From NCBI GenBank assembly GCA_026936335.1, contig JAPMXV010000022.1, forward strand, positions 62,001 through 126,000: a DNA stretch of 64,000 nucleotides. Direction: 5' to 3'. The notes below the pieces were generated by a model. That model had not been told where the DNA came from. It saw only the letters and a program-made list of their open reading frames with translations, and made no database searches. The stretch is from Mantamonas sphyraenae STR306 (Eukaryota > Protista > CRuMs). The position numbers and the translations under genes are program-made. Positions 11,562 to 23,662 of the stretch are shown here, piece after piece; positions within the stretch are counted from its first letter, which is position 1; every line of letters begins with the position of its first letter.

Positions 11562-14024
11562 ATGACCAGCATCGGCTCCGCAAGCATGCTGGGCAAGCAA
11601 CAATCCGGTAGTGCCATCTCCCGAGGCGGCGGACGGCAGTGAGTTTTTCTGGATGGGACCGTTGCACTTGGCTGCGCCGGCAACACTCAGCCACACATCA
11701 CTCACCCGCCACACTCCGCCCCACGCACACCTAAACTGTTCCGTCACACTGGACACACAGGAACGTGAAGCTGGATGAGATCAAACAGATGGAAGGGCTG
11801 GGCCGAGCGCGAGGAGGTTTGGAACGTAGCAACACCGTCATGTTTGAGAACCTCATGCAGGAGGTGGAGGACTTTGAGATGTCCACCAGCAATGACGGCA
11901 ACTCTCGCTCCTCCTCAGCCGCTTCCACCCACTCCAGCCCCGCAGGTGTCAGCCGGTCGCAGCCCACCTCGCCTTCACTGCTCCGCAACGACGCCTGGGC
12001 CTCTGTCAGCACAGGCAACATGAAACCGGCCCAGGGAAACCGTCGCCACACTGAAGACATGTCCTCTGGACGCAAAACTGCGCGCATTGCACCCATGGCT
12101 GGCGTGCAAGCTACAGGTATGTGTTTCCTTGTCTCGCAATCTTCACTCTCGTCGTCTCGCTCTGCCGTTTTCTTTCCGGCTCACCAGTCGACCTGTGTCA
12201 CACCCGTCACAGCTCCCAAAACACCAAACGCACGCGTGCCATACAAGGAACGCGTGCCCACACAGGCCGATCTGCTCAGCATGGCCACGTCCTTCTCCAC
12301 GGCGGACCACGCTGCCGAGGACGGCATTCCCAGTGCCAACCTGCCCAGCGTAAGTGTGCGCGTGTGTTCTCATCCCGTTCTCTCTGATGTCACGTCGCCG
12401 ATACTAACCGAAGCACAACTCATCCCCACACCTACAGTATCTGCTGTCGTGGAAGCTCTTGATCCATGGCGGCAACCACACGCCTGGAAACGTCACTGAG
12501 AATCAATTCATTGCCCTGAGTGGACGGTACAAGAAAGCCATGACGTTTCTGGTGGACATGACGGCGTTGTTCGCCTTTTTGGGGGTGGTGGCGGTGTTGG
12601 TTGAGCAGGAGGTGTTGTTTGCCAACGACAACAAGCACACCCTGACCACCCTTGTGCTCAAGTACATTGTGTCCTGTTCCACCGTTGTGGCCATTCTCTT
12701 CAACACCCTCTACTACGTGCTCAAGGTCCATCTGGACATTCTGGTGGGCAAGACTCCGCTTGGCACTCGTCTGCCAGGCTCCTCCCTGGCTTCAGTCTGG
12801 CTCCTGGAGTCCTTTGTGCTGCTCGTGCACGTGCCTCCTTACGTGGATTATACGTTTGAGATTGAGGCGCTGGGAAGCCTGGTGCCCTTTACGGTGGACA
12901 TGCTGGGAGGGTTGACCATCCTGCGCTTCTACCTCGTGCTGCGCCTCCTACTCTACCACTCCGCCTACTACGGCACGCAGCACTTGTTTGTGCGCGTGAT
13001 CAGCAACATCCACGTCAACACCTCCTTTGTCATCAAAACCATCCTGCACTACCACCCGTTTATGTCCCTCACGGCCGCCTTTCTCTTTGTCGCCCTCGTC
13101 GGCGCCTACAGCGTCCGCATCTGTGAGCGGCTCATCGACCCAAACTTTGCGTACTTCTGGAACGCTCTGTGGCTGTCCACTGTGACCATGACCACGGTGG
13201 GCTACGGTGATCTGTCGCCCAGCACCCACTGCGGCCGCCTCTTTGCCCTCTTTGCCGCCATGATGGGCATTCTCATCACCTCGCTGAGCATTGTAGTCAT
13301 ATCCAACAAGCTCCAGCTGGGCGGAGACGAGCTTCGTGTGGTCAACATGCTGCACAAGGACTCGGAACACCGTGAGTTTCGTCGGTTGGCTGCAGTGGTC
13401 ATGCAGCGATCCTGGCGGAGCACAGCCCGCTACCAGGAGCTTGACCTGGGCAATTGCGTCACCCACGTCCAACTCTTCCAGGCTGTGGGTGACTTTCGCC
13501 AGGGCAAGCGTCGCTACTTTCAGGCCATCCAAACGTACAACCAGTCCCTGGCACCCAACCGCCTCGACGAGCTCTTTTTTCGCAATCAAACCATCGAATC
13601 GCGCCTGGGGCGCATTGGTCAGGCATCGGTGTTGCTGCAGAAGCGCACCGCAGAGGAAATGCAGCGTGTGCAGCGTCGTGTAAACAAGATCCTGCAGAAG
13701 CTCGACCGCATGGGTGGTATCTCGTCTTCTGCAAGTGCAGGTGGCACAGGCAACGACACACGCAAGAGCACACAGATGCAACGGCGCGACAGTGGTGACT
13801 ACAGCGAACTGCGCACAGATGAAGGCATGGTGGGCGACGACATGGACGAGGAGAACGATGCTGTGGACGAGGTGCTCGCAGACACAGACATCAGCGAGGA
13901 GGACGAACTCGCTGCCCTGAAGGAGCATGTCAACCAGATGTTGAACATGGTTGAGGTGCTGGAGGCCAAGCAGGCCCGGAGGAGGGAGAAAGCCAAGAAG
14001 GAACGCAAAGGGTCGTCGAAATGA
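11562..14024 (+). CDS. Small-conductance Ca2+-activated K+ channel-like (SK/KCNN family), multi-exon 5' part
   Basis: Six TM segments, pore TMTTVGYGD, INTSFVIKT-type S4-S5 linker and a calmodulin-binding-like AAVVMQRSWR. The start is inferred from ATG 11562 and an intron at about 11639-11760. Confidence 0.85.
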
Positions 14025-14045
14025 AGAATTCAAGGATTGGCAGCA

Positions 14046-15797
14046 TCACTCAGAGTCAGAGTCGTCCGCGGGGCCGGTTAGGGTGTTGGCCATTTGCGAA
14101 CGGATGAGGAGGGAGTGGAGGGAGGTGAGGATGAGGATGAGGGTGGGTCCGACGAGGAAGCCTCCCAGGCCGTAAACATACAAGCCGGCGGCAATGGCGA
14201 TACCGTTGACAAAGGGAGAGAAGCCCGAAATACTGTCGTAGATGTGCGAGTCGAGAAAGACGTTGATGATGAGGTGTGTGGAAAACAGGGCGATTCCCAA
14301 GGCTGTGTGGTCGCGTTTGGCGAGTGCCACCAGCGAGCTGACGCCGACCAGGAGTGTGTGAGAGTAGGGAACGACGGGGATGAGGCTGAAGAACACGTTG
14401 AAGAGGGTGGTGATGCCAACAAAGGGAATGCCGACAAGGTCAAAGGTGAGCCAGGTGAGGGTGGCATGGCAGACAGCCACCTTGCTGGCTGATCCAAAGA
14501 TGCTGTTGATACCCTTTGTGAGCTGCTCGGCCACATCCGTTTGGCTGTCTGAATCCATGGGAAGGAGGGCAATGAGGGCCCACAGGGGATCGTCCTCGAG
14601 AGCCAGCAGGTACCAGAGGGTGGTGAGCAACACAAGGAGGGAGGAAAAGGTGTCGATGAGGGATATGAGCACTCGCAACAGGCTGAAGGAGAGCATGGAG
14701 GTGGAGGCAAGCAGGGACCCGCCGAGGTCGCCCACCTGCTCGGCGTAGTCCCACATGGAAAACGCCTCGATGGCTGACGGGTCACTGACGAGGTGGGTGA
14801 GATTGAACAGTTCCATCATTTGGGCAGCGACACTCTTGTTGCTGTGTGTGACGCCCCAGACGTCGACTTTGGTCCGGCCCTGTATGACGCCGGATGCAAC
14901 ATCGACAATGTGGGTGGCATTGACGCCGGAACGCTTGAGCATGGAACGCACCTGTTCCATGCGGTTGGCGACCATGTCTGCGACCTCTGGAGCCTGCATG
15001 GTGTCGTTGAGGTAGACACGTAGTTGGGTGGCAGCGTCGGCGCCCTCCATGGTGACGACACTGGCGAAAAAGATGGAGACAAAGAGGGCGGTGCAGACGA
15101 GGGTGATAAGGACGGTGGTGGCACAGAGGGAGTGCATGTGGGGTTGGATGCGGTAGCGGTAGAAGGAGTGGGAGGGGTCGAGGGTGTTGACGAGGCTGAG
15201 GAGGACGAGGAGGACAAAGGTGCACACAAAGAGGGCGACGACAACCACGGCCGCAATGTTGGGAAAGGTGATGGTGACCATGGTGCCGAGAATGAGCTGG
15301 ATGAGCAACCAGTAGCCAAAGCGTAGACGCGCCTGCTGCTGGCCCACAAAGGCAGTCACAGGGGTGTCCGACATGCCCAACTCGTCGGCCTCACGCACCA
15401 GGCGCTGTTTGATGGGACGCAGGGCCACGCCAAGGAGGAGGGCCCAGAGCAGGGGACCGCTATACGGGGCCACGAGCTTGAAGTTGAGGTAGGCGACGGC
15501 AAGGATGGCCACTGTGGTGAGATTGGCAAGAACAATGAGCATGCCGCTTTGCAGAGAGTCTTGGTCGGCAATGGTCTCCAGGAAGGAGTCGTTTCGAGTG
15601 AGACTGCGGCCCAGACTGAAGGCCGGTGAGTCGAGAAGCGTGGGCGGCGAGTCGATGCGTTCCACCTGCTCGTCGTCCAGGTGTGCACGCGACACACGTC
15701 TTGCGGCAGCCTCACGCGCAGCATGCGCCATGCCACGCGGCTTTTTGGCTCCGCTGCCCGGGGGTGGGTGTCGAGCAGAGGCTGATTTGGCAGGCAT
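14046..15797 (-). CDS. TMEM245: TMEM245 / AI-2E family membrane protein
   Basis: PYSGPLLWALLLGVALRPIK; SASKVAVCHATLTWLTF; GIAIAAGLYVYGLGGFLVGPTLI. The first in-frame ATG is 15797; the ORF track starts at a GTG at 15836. Confidence 0.8.
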   Translation of the reverse strand: MPAKSASARHPPPGSGAKKPRGMAHAAREAAARRVSRAHLDDEQVERIDSPPTLLDSPAFSLGRSLTRNDSFLETIADQDSLQSGMLIVLANLTTVAILAVAYLNFKLVAPYSGPLLWALLLGVALRPIKQRLVREADELGMSDTPVTAFVGQQQARLRFGYWLLIQLILGTMVTITFPNIAAVVVVALFVCTFVLLVLLSLVNTLDPSHSFYRYRIQPHMHSLCATTVLITLVCTALFVSIFFASVVTMEGADAATQLRVYLNDTMQAPEVADMVANRMEQVRSMLKRSGVNATHIVDVASGVIQGRTKVDVWGVTHSNKSVAAQMMELFNLTHLVSDPSAIEAFSMWDYAEQVGDLGGSLLASTSMLSFSLLRVLISLIDTFSSLLVLLTTLWYLLALEDDPLWALIALLPMDSDSQTDVAEQLTKGINSIFGSASKVAVCHATLTWLTFDLVGIPFVGITTLFNVFFSLIPVVPYSHTLLVGVSSLVALAKRDHTALGIALFSTHLIINVFLDSHIYDSISGFSPFVNGIAIAAGLYVYGLGGFLVGPTLILILTSLHSLLIRSQMANTLTGPADDSDSE

Positions 15798-15886
15798 GTG
15801 GGGCAAAAACGTTGGTTGTGCCGGCGCAGGCTCCACCAGCGATACGTGTGTTTGTCTTTTTGTGTGTGACTGTTCTTGAGGGTTGC

Positions 15887-17521
15887 ATGAGTGTCAAGGA
15901 GAAAGTGCGGGAGCTGCGTCAGCAGGCAGCCAAGGCGTTGCTTGTGTCGTACACGTTGAGCCAATGGGGAGACCGGATGTGGCAGTTTGGGGTGATTGTG
16001 TTCACCATGGAGGTGTTCAAGTCGTCGCTGCTGGCCGTGTCGCTGTATGGCATGCTGACAAATGTGTTTGGAGTTGTGATGGGCCCACGGTTGGGCAATT
16101 GGATCGACAACATGGACCGGTTGGGCCTGGTCACCACAGCTCTGGTGACCCAGAACTTGTCGGTGGCTGTGTCCGCCGTCATCTTCTACCTGCTTCTGTC
16201 ACCAGCCGTGGGCTTCACCCCCGAGTGGACTTGGGTGTTGTACAGCGCTGTGATTCTGATTGGATGTGTGCAGTGGCTGGGGTCGAGTGCCTCTGCCATT
16301 GTGGTGGAGAAAGACTGGCTGGTGGCGCTGTGCACAGGCGATGCTGCACGCCTGACACGGCTCAACACAACCATCCGTCGCATTTCGTTGTGTTGCAAAG
16401 TGCTTGCGCCGTTGCTGGTGGGATATGTGTCCACCTTTACAGGGGTGCCTGTGGCAGTGCTTCTGGTGGCCTCGTGGAATGTGCTCTCCTTGCTGGTGGA
16501 GTACACGATGCTGCGCAAGGTGCACACCTGCATCCACGATCTCAAGGAGTATCGCAAGCACAACAGCCCTGAAACGTTGGAGCTGGGACGCGTGGTGGCT
16601 CCCAAGGAGCAGAGTCTCGACGGGACAACCACCTCCGACGGCGGCGGCGAGCCGGCCACAGCCACGGCCGCCGCCGCTGCTGCTGAGACCACACAGGAGA
16701 GGGAGACGCACACGCCACAAAGCAGGGCGGTTGCGTACGAGGTGGAGCAGGGAAACAATGAGCAAGAGCAAGAATATGTGCAGGAGGCAGACGACTGGAG
16801 AGAGCGGGAAGCGGAGGAGGAGGAAGAAGAGTTGCACGACGGCAAGGAGAGTCTGCTGCAAGAGCAGCAAAGGGCATGGCGCAACTACTTTGCCTCGCCA
16901 GTGGCGCTGGTGTCTATTTCGTATGCACTGCTGTTCTGCAACATCATGAACGCGACGTCGATGTACGCGTACCTGCGTTGGTACGGCTACGAAGATGCAG
17001 CGTTGAGCAGCGGGGGTGCGGTGGCGGCACTGTTTGGCATCGCTGCCACAGTGATGCTTCCCCGCCTTGCAGAACGGTTGGGAGACAGTGCATTGCCACG
17101 CATCTCCCTGTGGGCCATATGGTTCCTGCTTGCGTGTCTGGTGCCCATCACGCTTGCGTTTGTGCCTGGTCTCGAGCGATTGGATGCCACCCAGCTGTTC
17201 TTCACCGTCTACGTCTGTCTGGCCTTCTCTCGCTTTGGTCTGTGGACGTACGATTGCGTGCAAACTCAAATCCTGCAGATGGAAGTGCCGGAGAGGCGCA
17301 TCGGCCAGTTCAACGCCTGCCAATTGTCCCTCATCAACGTGGCCACCATCGTCTCCTCTGCTCTCACGGTCGTGTTTCCAGACCCTCGTGATTATGTGTA
17401 CCCCGTTCTGTTTTCATTTGCCTGTGTGGCCGCCGCAACCCTGCTGCACAGCATCTGGGTCAGCCGACGCCGTCGCCATCTCTGCCACGGCCCCGGAGGC
17501 CGTCAGTGCTGCGCCTGTTGA
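15887..17521 (+). CDS. SLC40A1: Ferroportin (SLC40 family) transporter
   Basis: SYTLSQWGDRMWQF, IVVEKDW, LNTTIRRISLCCKVLAP, SRFGLWTYD...QTQILQ. Confidence 0.9.
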   Translation: MSVKEKVRELRQQAAKALLVSYTLSQWGDRMWQFGVIVFTMEVFKSSLLAVSLYGMLTNVFGVVMGPRLGNWIDNMDRLGLVTTALVTQNLSVAVSAVIFYLLLSPAVGFTPEWTWVLYSAVILIGCVQWLGSSASAIVVEKDWLVALCTGDAARLTRLNTTIRRISLCCKVLAPLLVGYVSTFTGVPVAVLLVASWNVLSLLVEYTMLRKVHTCIHDLKEYRKHNSPETLELGRVVAPKEQSLDGTTTSDGGGEPATATAAAAAAETTQERETHTPQSRAVAYEVEQGNNEQEQEYVQEADDWREREAEEEEEELHDGKESLLQEQQRAWRNYFASPVALVSISYALLFCNIMNATSMYAYLRWYGYEDAALSSGGAVAALFGIAATVMLPRLAERLGDSALPRISLWAIWFLLACLVPITLAFVPGLERLDATQLFFTVYVCLAFSRFGLWTYDCVQTQILQMEVPERRIGQFNACQLSLINVATIVSSALTVVFPDPRDYVYPVLFSFACVAAATLLHSIWVSRRRRHLCHGPGGRQCCAC

Positions 17522-17552
17522 CGCACACACACACACACACAGTGGTGGCCCT

Positions 17553-18464
17553 CTACGATGACGTGGACGATGCCATGGACGACGAACTGCCTGATCGGCC
17601 CAGCAACGAACGCGAGCGTGACTGCTTCCCTTCGCTGCCCCCAACCACCAGACCAAATTTCGCCGCCTGAATCACGATGTTGTCGAATGCGTCGTCGCGT
17701 GCCGCAATAGAATCATACTGTGTGCTGGCGCCTTCAGTGGTCGATATGACCAGGCTGTGGCCCTTGGAAGGCAGGAGACCGATCAGCTTTGCCTTCCGCA
17801 CCTCGGCCAGCTCCTTGATGCTCACCGTGGTGAAGTCGCTCCCAATGGTTGGGTCAAACACAATGTAGCCCGGCGTGATGATGAGCGACCCCGGGGTCCA
17901 CTCGCGCACACATCCGTACTGTGCCACGAGGAATTCGGTGTCGGGCAAGTCGTACTTTGCGCGAAAGGCATCGTCGGCCTTTTGCGCCGCCACATCGCGG
18001 CTCAAGACAGCCATGCTTTCGGCGACGTCCTCTGCCAGCGACGCCTCTTCAATCTTGTGCGACAGAGTCTGTGTGTGTGCTTCAAACGCCTCCACGGTGG
18101 CCTTGAGCTGCTGGTTTTCACGTTCAAGGTCGGAGATCTGGTGCAGCAGCACCTCGCGGTCTTGCGAGAGGACAGCCAGGCGTTTGTTGAGAATGGCCAC
18201 CACGTGGTCCTGCTTCTCCTGCTTCTCTTGCTTCTCGCCGGACGACTCTTCGCTTGCGTTGGGTCCTGCAGAGGAGGAGGAGGCGGAGGTTGAGGAGGAG
18301 GAGGAGGTGGAGGAAAGGCTTTTGCTCTTGTCGTTCAGTTTGCCCTTGAGCTGCTTGACCTGCACTGCAAGCACATCCCTGTCCTCTGTCACCTCCATCA
18401 GCTTGTCCTCCAGCTCACCATACGCCTTGCGCAGGCGCTCCAGCTCGGATTGGCTGTTGCTCAT
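17553..18464 (-). CDS. Coiled-coil plus GRAM-domain protein
   Basis: N-terminal heptads. FRAKYDLPDTEFLVAQYGC...PGSLIITPGYIVF is GRAM/PH-like. Confidence 0.7.
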   Translation of the reverse strand: MSNSQSELERLRKAYGELEDKLMEVTEDRDVLAVQVKQLKGKLNDKSKSLSSTSSSSSTSASSSSAGPNASEESSGEKQEKQEKQDHVVAILNKRLAVLSQDREVLLHQISDLERENQQLKATVEAFEAHTQTLSHKIEEASLAEDVAESMAVLSRDVAAQKADDAFRAKYDLPDTEFLVAQYGCVREWTPGSLIITPGYIVFDPTIGSDFTTVSIKELAEVRKAKLIGLLPSKGHSLVISTTEGASTQYDSIAARDDAFDNIVIQAAKFGLVVGGSEGKQSRSRSLLGRSGSSSSMASSTSS

Positions 18465-18521
18465 GCGCGCGCTGCGTTTGTGTTGCGTCCGCTGCGCCAA
18501 CACCCAACAACCTCGTTTGCA

Positions 18522-19172
18522 ATGAGCGACGAGCAGGCAGGCGAACGTCAGTTTGACTCGAGCAAGCTGGGCACAAAGGAACACTGGGAGGCAGTGTATG
18601 TGCGGGAACAGGAGAACTTCAAGGAGTTTGGAGACACGGGCGAAGAGTGGTTCACCAGCGTGTCGGACTGGGTGGCAGACACGCTTCAGCTGGACAAGGA
18701 TGCACGCACAGTGGACCTGGGCACAGGCAACGGCATGACGTTGATCGAACTGGCGGCCCTGGGTTACACCAATCTGACGGGCACCGACTACAGCCCAGCG
18801 GCGGTGGAGCTGGCTCAGCAGATTGCACAGGCACAGGACGCCGACGTGACCTTTGTGGTGGACGACATCATGGACACGGCGTTGGAAAAGGGCACCTTTG
18901 ATCTGGTGCTGGACAAGGGCACCTTTGACGCCATCTGCCTGGCCGAAGACGTGGACGAGAGCGTGTACGTGCGCACCGTGGTGGAACTCCTGGCACCCAA
19001 GGCTTCCAGTCGCTTTGTCATCACTTCATGCAATTGGACCCAACAGGAACTGGAGGACAAGTTCAAAGACGTGTTTACTCTCGACGCCGTGGCTGAATAC
19101 CCAACCTTCTCCTTTGGCGGTGTCTCGGGTGCCCAATACTGCACCCTGGCCTTTGGCCTGGCCAACCTGTGA
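18522..19172 (+). CDS. EEF1AKMT2: EF1A lysine N-methyltransferase (METTL10/Efm4)
   Basis: SKLGTKEHWEAVY, GEEWF, VDLGTGNG, DKGTFDAI, ITSCNWT, PTFSFGG. Confidence 0.92.
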   Translation: MSDEQAGERQFDSSKLGTKEHWEAVYVREQENFKEFGDTGEEWFTSVSDWVADTLQLDKDARTVDLGTGNGMTLIELAALGYTNLTGTDYSPAAVELAQQIAQAQDADVTFVVDDIMDTALEKGTFDLVLDKGTFDAICLAEDVDESVYVRTVVELLAPKASSRFVITSCNWTQQELEDKFKDVFTLDAVAEYPTFSFGGVSGAQYCTLAFGLANL

Positions 19173-19223
19173 AAGGGCTGGCAGAAATCAACCACCAGTC
19201 GGGCTGCCGCCACTGCAGTCGCC

Positions 19224-19945
19224 TTAGCCTTGCGGCACACCGCTCATTGCCGAACGGATAATCTGCACAAGAGCTGAGGGAGGCGAAAACGGCACACACC
19301 GGGACGGAGGATTGGACACGCACACATACACACAGAGAGAGACAGCAATGAATGGACATGGACACAGGCGTTTGGGGGTCAGCGGGCTTGGTGTGCACAT
19401 GGGGGGGTAACGCGGGCGAAGGAGGCAAGGCTGAGGGCGGGGTGGGAGAAGGGGGGGACACCATGAAAGATTATCCGGAGGGCATGCGTTGGAAACGTAC
19501 CGCTGCCAACGACAATGAACAAGAAGAACGCAAGCAGCATGGGACCCACGGGCTTGGCCTTGTCGGCTCGATCCTGGATGGTGTATAGGAGTCAGTGGGA
19601 TGCTGGGCAGCACGCTGGACGCTCGGCAAGCGAACCGAGAGGGAAATCGGAAAGGCACCGAAGGAGTGAGAGAGCAGTGCTGGGGCGGCACAGGCCACAA
19701 CTCACCACAGATGTCTCGCTCTTCACCGAGCCTCGCTTCTCGATGTTGTTGTCAAACTTGGCGGTCTTGGCCATACGTGCTCGCTGCGACTGTGAGGTGG
19801 TGCTGGTGTCAGACGCCGTTGATGGGAGTGGTGACGTGTCTTTGTGGTTTTCTTCGGCCCCACTTTACAACAAGACTCTTGCATGGGTGTCACACATCCC
19901 AGTGTTGTCTTCACTGTCCCTTCTCCCACCTGTCCAACCTACCAT
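19224..19945 (-). CDS. SERP1: Stress-associated ER protein SERP1/RAMP4 (4 exons, ~69 aa; not shown as one ORF in the track)
   Basis: Spliced product M|SQRARMAKTAKFDNNIEKRGSVKSETSV|DRADKAKPVGPMLLAFFLFIVVGS|ALVQIIRSAMSGVPQG*, with canonical GT-AG junctions. Confidence 0.88.
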
Positions 19946-20057
19946 GATTCCGAATGAGTTGTTGTGCTGCTGCCAGCGCGTTCCGTCATGCAAATCCATT
20001 TCCATTCGATCCACATCGTACGAAAACGTACACGCCCCCTCCCCACTCATCACCTCA

Positions 20058-23000
20058 TCAGAAGAAGCAGTTGCCACGGCCTTCGCCTTGGTTGTAGCCA
20101 ATGGTGTCCATAAACACGGACATCATGCCCTTGGAGCCGGTCTGCGAAGCAAAGATGCCCTTGACGTCGTCGTACTTGAAGCTTGCCACCTTGGCAGGCA
20201 GGTTGATGTCGCCTGCAGACACAACCTCGGTGACATCCGAGGGCCAGGTGACGGGCGGCTTGAGGCCGACGCCGCGCATGGCCACCAACCACGGTTCGGT
20301 GCCCTGGTACACGCCGGTCATGTACTTGGACACAAAGGGCTGGATGGAGTCAAACACCTGCTGGTCAATATCTGCACGCATGGCTGCATGCACGGCCCCG
20401 CTGCTGGCCTGCATGTTGAGCGGGTCCCCAGCACGCGGCGCAGGGTAGTCTCCAGGCGCCCAGATGATCACATACGCACCTGTGCCGGGGAACATGATGT
20501 TGTGCACGGGGCGAGTGATGGCAAAGTAGCCGTATCCGTGGAGGATGCGCACCGTCTTGAACATGGCAAAGTTGAGCAGGTTGTTCTCCAGGGTGAACCA
20601 CTGGTCGGCACGGTGAGCACGGAAGTCCTGCGCTGGGGCCACCACAGCCACGTAGCCACGGTTGGGGTCGGCGCTCTTGAGACTGCAGTTGTAGTATGCG
20701 TCTGCCGCGGGCCAGGTGATGGTGAAGTTGCCCTTGTCGTTGTCCTCGTAGGGGCTGTAGCCCACGCGCTGTTGCTGCAGCTTCGGCATGGAGCCAAACA
20801 CCTGGTTGAGGGTCTTGAGCAGGTCGTCCGTGCTGTACACGTCACCCACCACGTTGATCACGACGCGGTCCACGGGCTGGAACTGTTCGCGCACCCAGCG
20901 CGACACCTCGAGCGGGTTCAGGGAGAACAGGTCGCTGGACGTCACCAATCCAAACCGGTGGTCGTTGAAGTAGCTGCCCAGGGCCTTGCGCAGCATGTAG
21001 TATTCCATCTGCGGCAGCGGCTCGTTCACGGCCTTCATCTGGTCCTCCAGGTCGCCGTACGCACGTGCCGTCTCCCACATCTTGGGCTGGTCAAAGAACG
21101 GGAACATGTGCAGACGCACGGCCTGCAGCACCTGGGGCGCCGCGCTCGCGTACGAAGCCGTGCAGTTCTTCAACTCGGGGAAGTTTACGCACTGCGCACC
21201 CAGCGGCGCGGTGATGGTGGTAAAGTCGGTGCTGCAGCTCATGGACACCGGCACGCTGCCCAGAGCCTTGGCGTAGGTGCTGGCCGTGTAGTCTGTGTAG
21301 TTGCTGTCGCTGTAGTACACGCTGAAGCCTGCAAACTTGCCTGCGTTGAGCACCTCACAGGCGCCCTTGAGCTTGGCAGGCAGGGTGGAGGCACCACCCA
21401 GCGACACAACCTCCATGTACGCCTTGCCGTACGCATCCTTAGGGTTCTTGCCCTTGCCCGACGCATACGGCTTGTGGTTCACCTTGATGCCGTTGTCCAG
21501 CGTGTAGGTGACAATGCCCGTCTCTGCGTCTGTGCTCGATGCCTTGGGTGCCTTGTCCTTCTTGGCTGCCAGCTTGACGAGCTGTCCGTCGGCAGGCATG
21601 CTGGCACTGGCGGCGCTGGAGGCACCCGAGGTGGCAGAGGCGGAGGACGAGGTCAGCGAGGCCAGCGTGAGGCCACCCGCGGCACTGGGCGGGTCGTCGG
21701 CAAGCACCTTCTTGATGACCGACTTGATGGCGTTCTCGTTGATGGTTTTGAGAAAGTCCGGAGAAGAGTCGCGGCCCACGTACACGTTGAGGGAGTACAC
21801 GGGGTTGACGAGCTTGGTGTACGGGTCGCCCTCGGGTCCGATCTCGTACTTGCCCGTGGCGTAGTGCACAAAGCTCAACCACAGGTGCTGTGCCATGGCA
21901 CGCACGTCGCGCATGGTGACGCCGGCGAAGCCCGGGCGCAGGTACTGTTCGCTCATCTTGACCTGCTGCTCCAGATCCTGAAAGACGTAGTTGGGTCCGT
22001 CCATGCCCATGAGCAGCTCGGCCCACAGGGTGCTGTCCATCTTGCCACTGTAAGCAAGCTGCGTGGAAGGCAGCGTGCCCAGGAGGGTGAGGAGCAAACC
22101 GGTGAGGACCCTGTCCGGGCCGTGGCGAGCCAGGCGCCGCAGCTCGACAAGTCCGGTCTCAAAGTCACGTCTCCATGCACTCTGCTGCGGGGCGCCCGGA
22201 GAGGCGGTGGCAAACAGGTGCAGGGTGGTGTTCATCTCGTAGAACGGCTGCACGACGGCGGAGCTCATGTGGCGCGCGAGCTCGGCCTGGTCCAATTGCG
22301 GGTACTCGGCCGAGAGGTGGGAGAGCACCGAGAGCGCGTGCACAAGCGTAAACACGAGGTAATTGGAGCGGCGACGGTGGTCGTTGTAGGTGAACGGCGG
22401 TGCGTTGTAGTCGGTGGTGGCCAACAGGTTGAAGGTGACGCCGTCCATGCCGTCAATCTGCTCCATGGTAAAGGTCTTTGCCGGTTTGGGGGTGCCGATG
22501 GCCACGTTGTCCACGTAGCCGTCGTTGCTCTTGCCCTCGTACACCGTCTTGATGGTCTTTTCCAGCTTGGCGGTGTCTGCAATGTCGCCCACCACCATCA
22601 GTCGCATGCGCTTCGGGTGGTACCATTTGTCATGGTAGGCCTTGGAGTTGGCGCTGCCGTAGTCCATCTCCTTGGGCTTGCCGATAGGGAAGCGCAGCGG
22701 GATGCGCCACTGGCCGCCGCCGTGGTTCTTCAGCATGCGCACGAGTCCCATGAACGCAGTGCTGTTGCGGAAGCGATCCTCACCCTCGACTGCACCCTTC
22801 TCGAGCACCAGGTTGGGCTGGAGGAACTCGGGGCCAAACACCTCGTTCTCGAGGTAGTGCAGCGGGGTGTTGGTTTCGGCTGCCAGCGTGCTGTTTGGCA
22901 TGTCCCAAATCTGGTAGCAGGTGGTGCGCCAGGTGGTGAATGCGTTGAACAATGCTCCCTGGCTCAGCAGAGACCAGATGAGGCCGTTGCGGCCCTGGTG

Positions 23001-23629
23001 GTCGCGGGTCGAGTCGAAAGCACAGTGCTCCACAAAGTGGGCAATGCCCAGCTGGTTGTCGGCCTCGTTGGACGAGCCGGTGTCCACGCACAGGTACGCC
23101 GTCACCTTGCCTTCCTTGTACTGGTTCTTCCAAATCGTATACTTGAACCCGTTGCTGAAGGAACCGGTGATGGCCTTGGGGCTGACCACCTCGACCTTCT
23201 GGTACTCCATGTGGTAGGGAATACTGCGTCGGGACACACATGGACGCGGTCCATGTGTGTGCGTGTGTGTGTGTGACACGTGGAACACAATGGCAGGCGT
23301 GTGTGGGCTGTGTGTGAGCGAGACGGGACGCAAGGAGTAAAAAAGGGTGGGCGGCGGAAGAGAGGGCAAAGCGAAAGCGTCCCACGGGGACGTACCCTTC
23401 CTCTGCAATGAACACAGAGAGCAGCACAAGCACAGCGATGCCCCAAAAGATGGCGCAGCACCACTTGCAGCATCGCAGGCAGCCGTTGTTCTTTCGCTGT
23501 GGCGTGCAGGGCGGGAGAAAACGTCGGGGTCAGCCTCTGAAGAACGATGCAAGATTTGTGGGTTTCGGCAAAACCTCACTTACAGCCAACAGGGCCTGAC
23601 GCTCGTACTGCGTTGCATACTGCGAGTTG

Positions 23630-23662
<33 letters not shown>

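Noticed and set aside
19515-23276. 1253-aa + strand ORF
   Set aside because: It is the antisense shadow of the M16 peptidase, explained by strong C/G third-position codon bias, and has no recognisable motifs.
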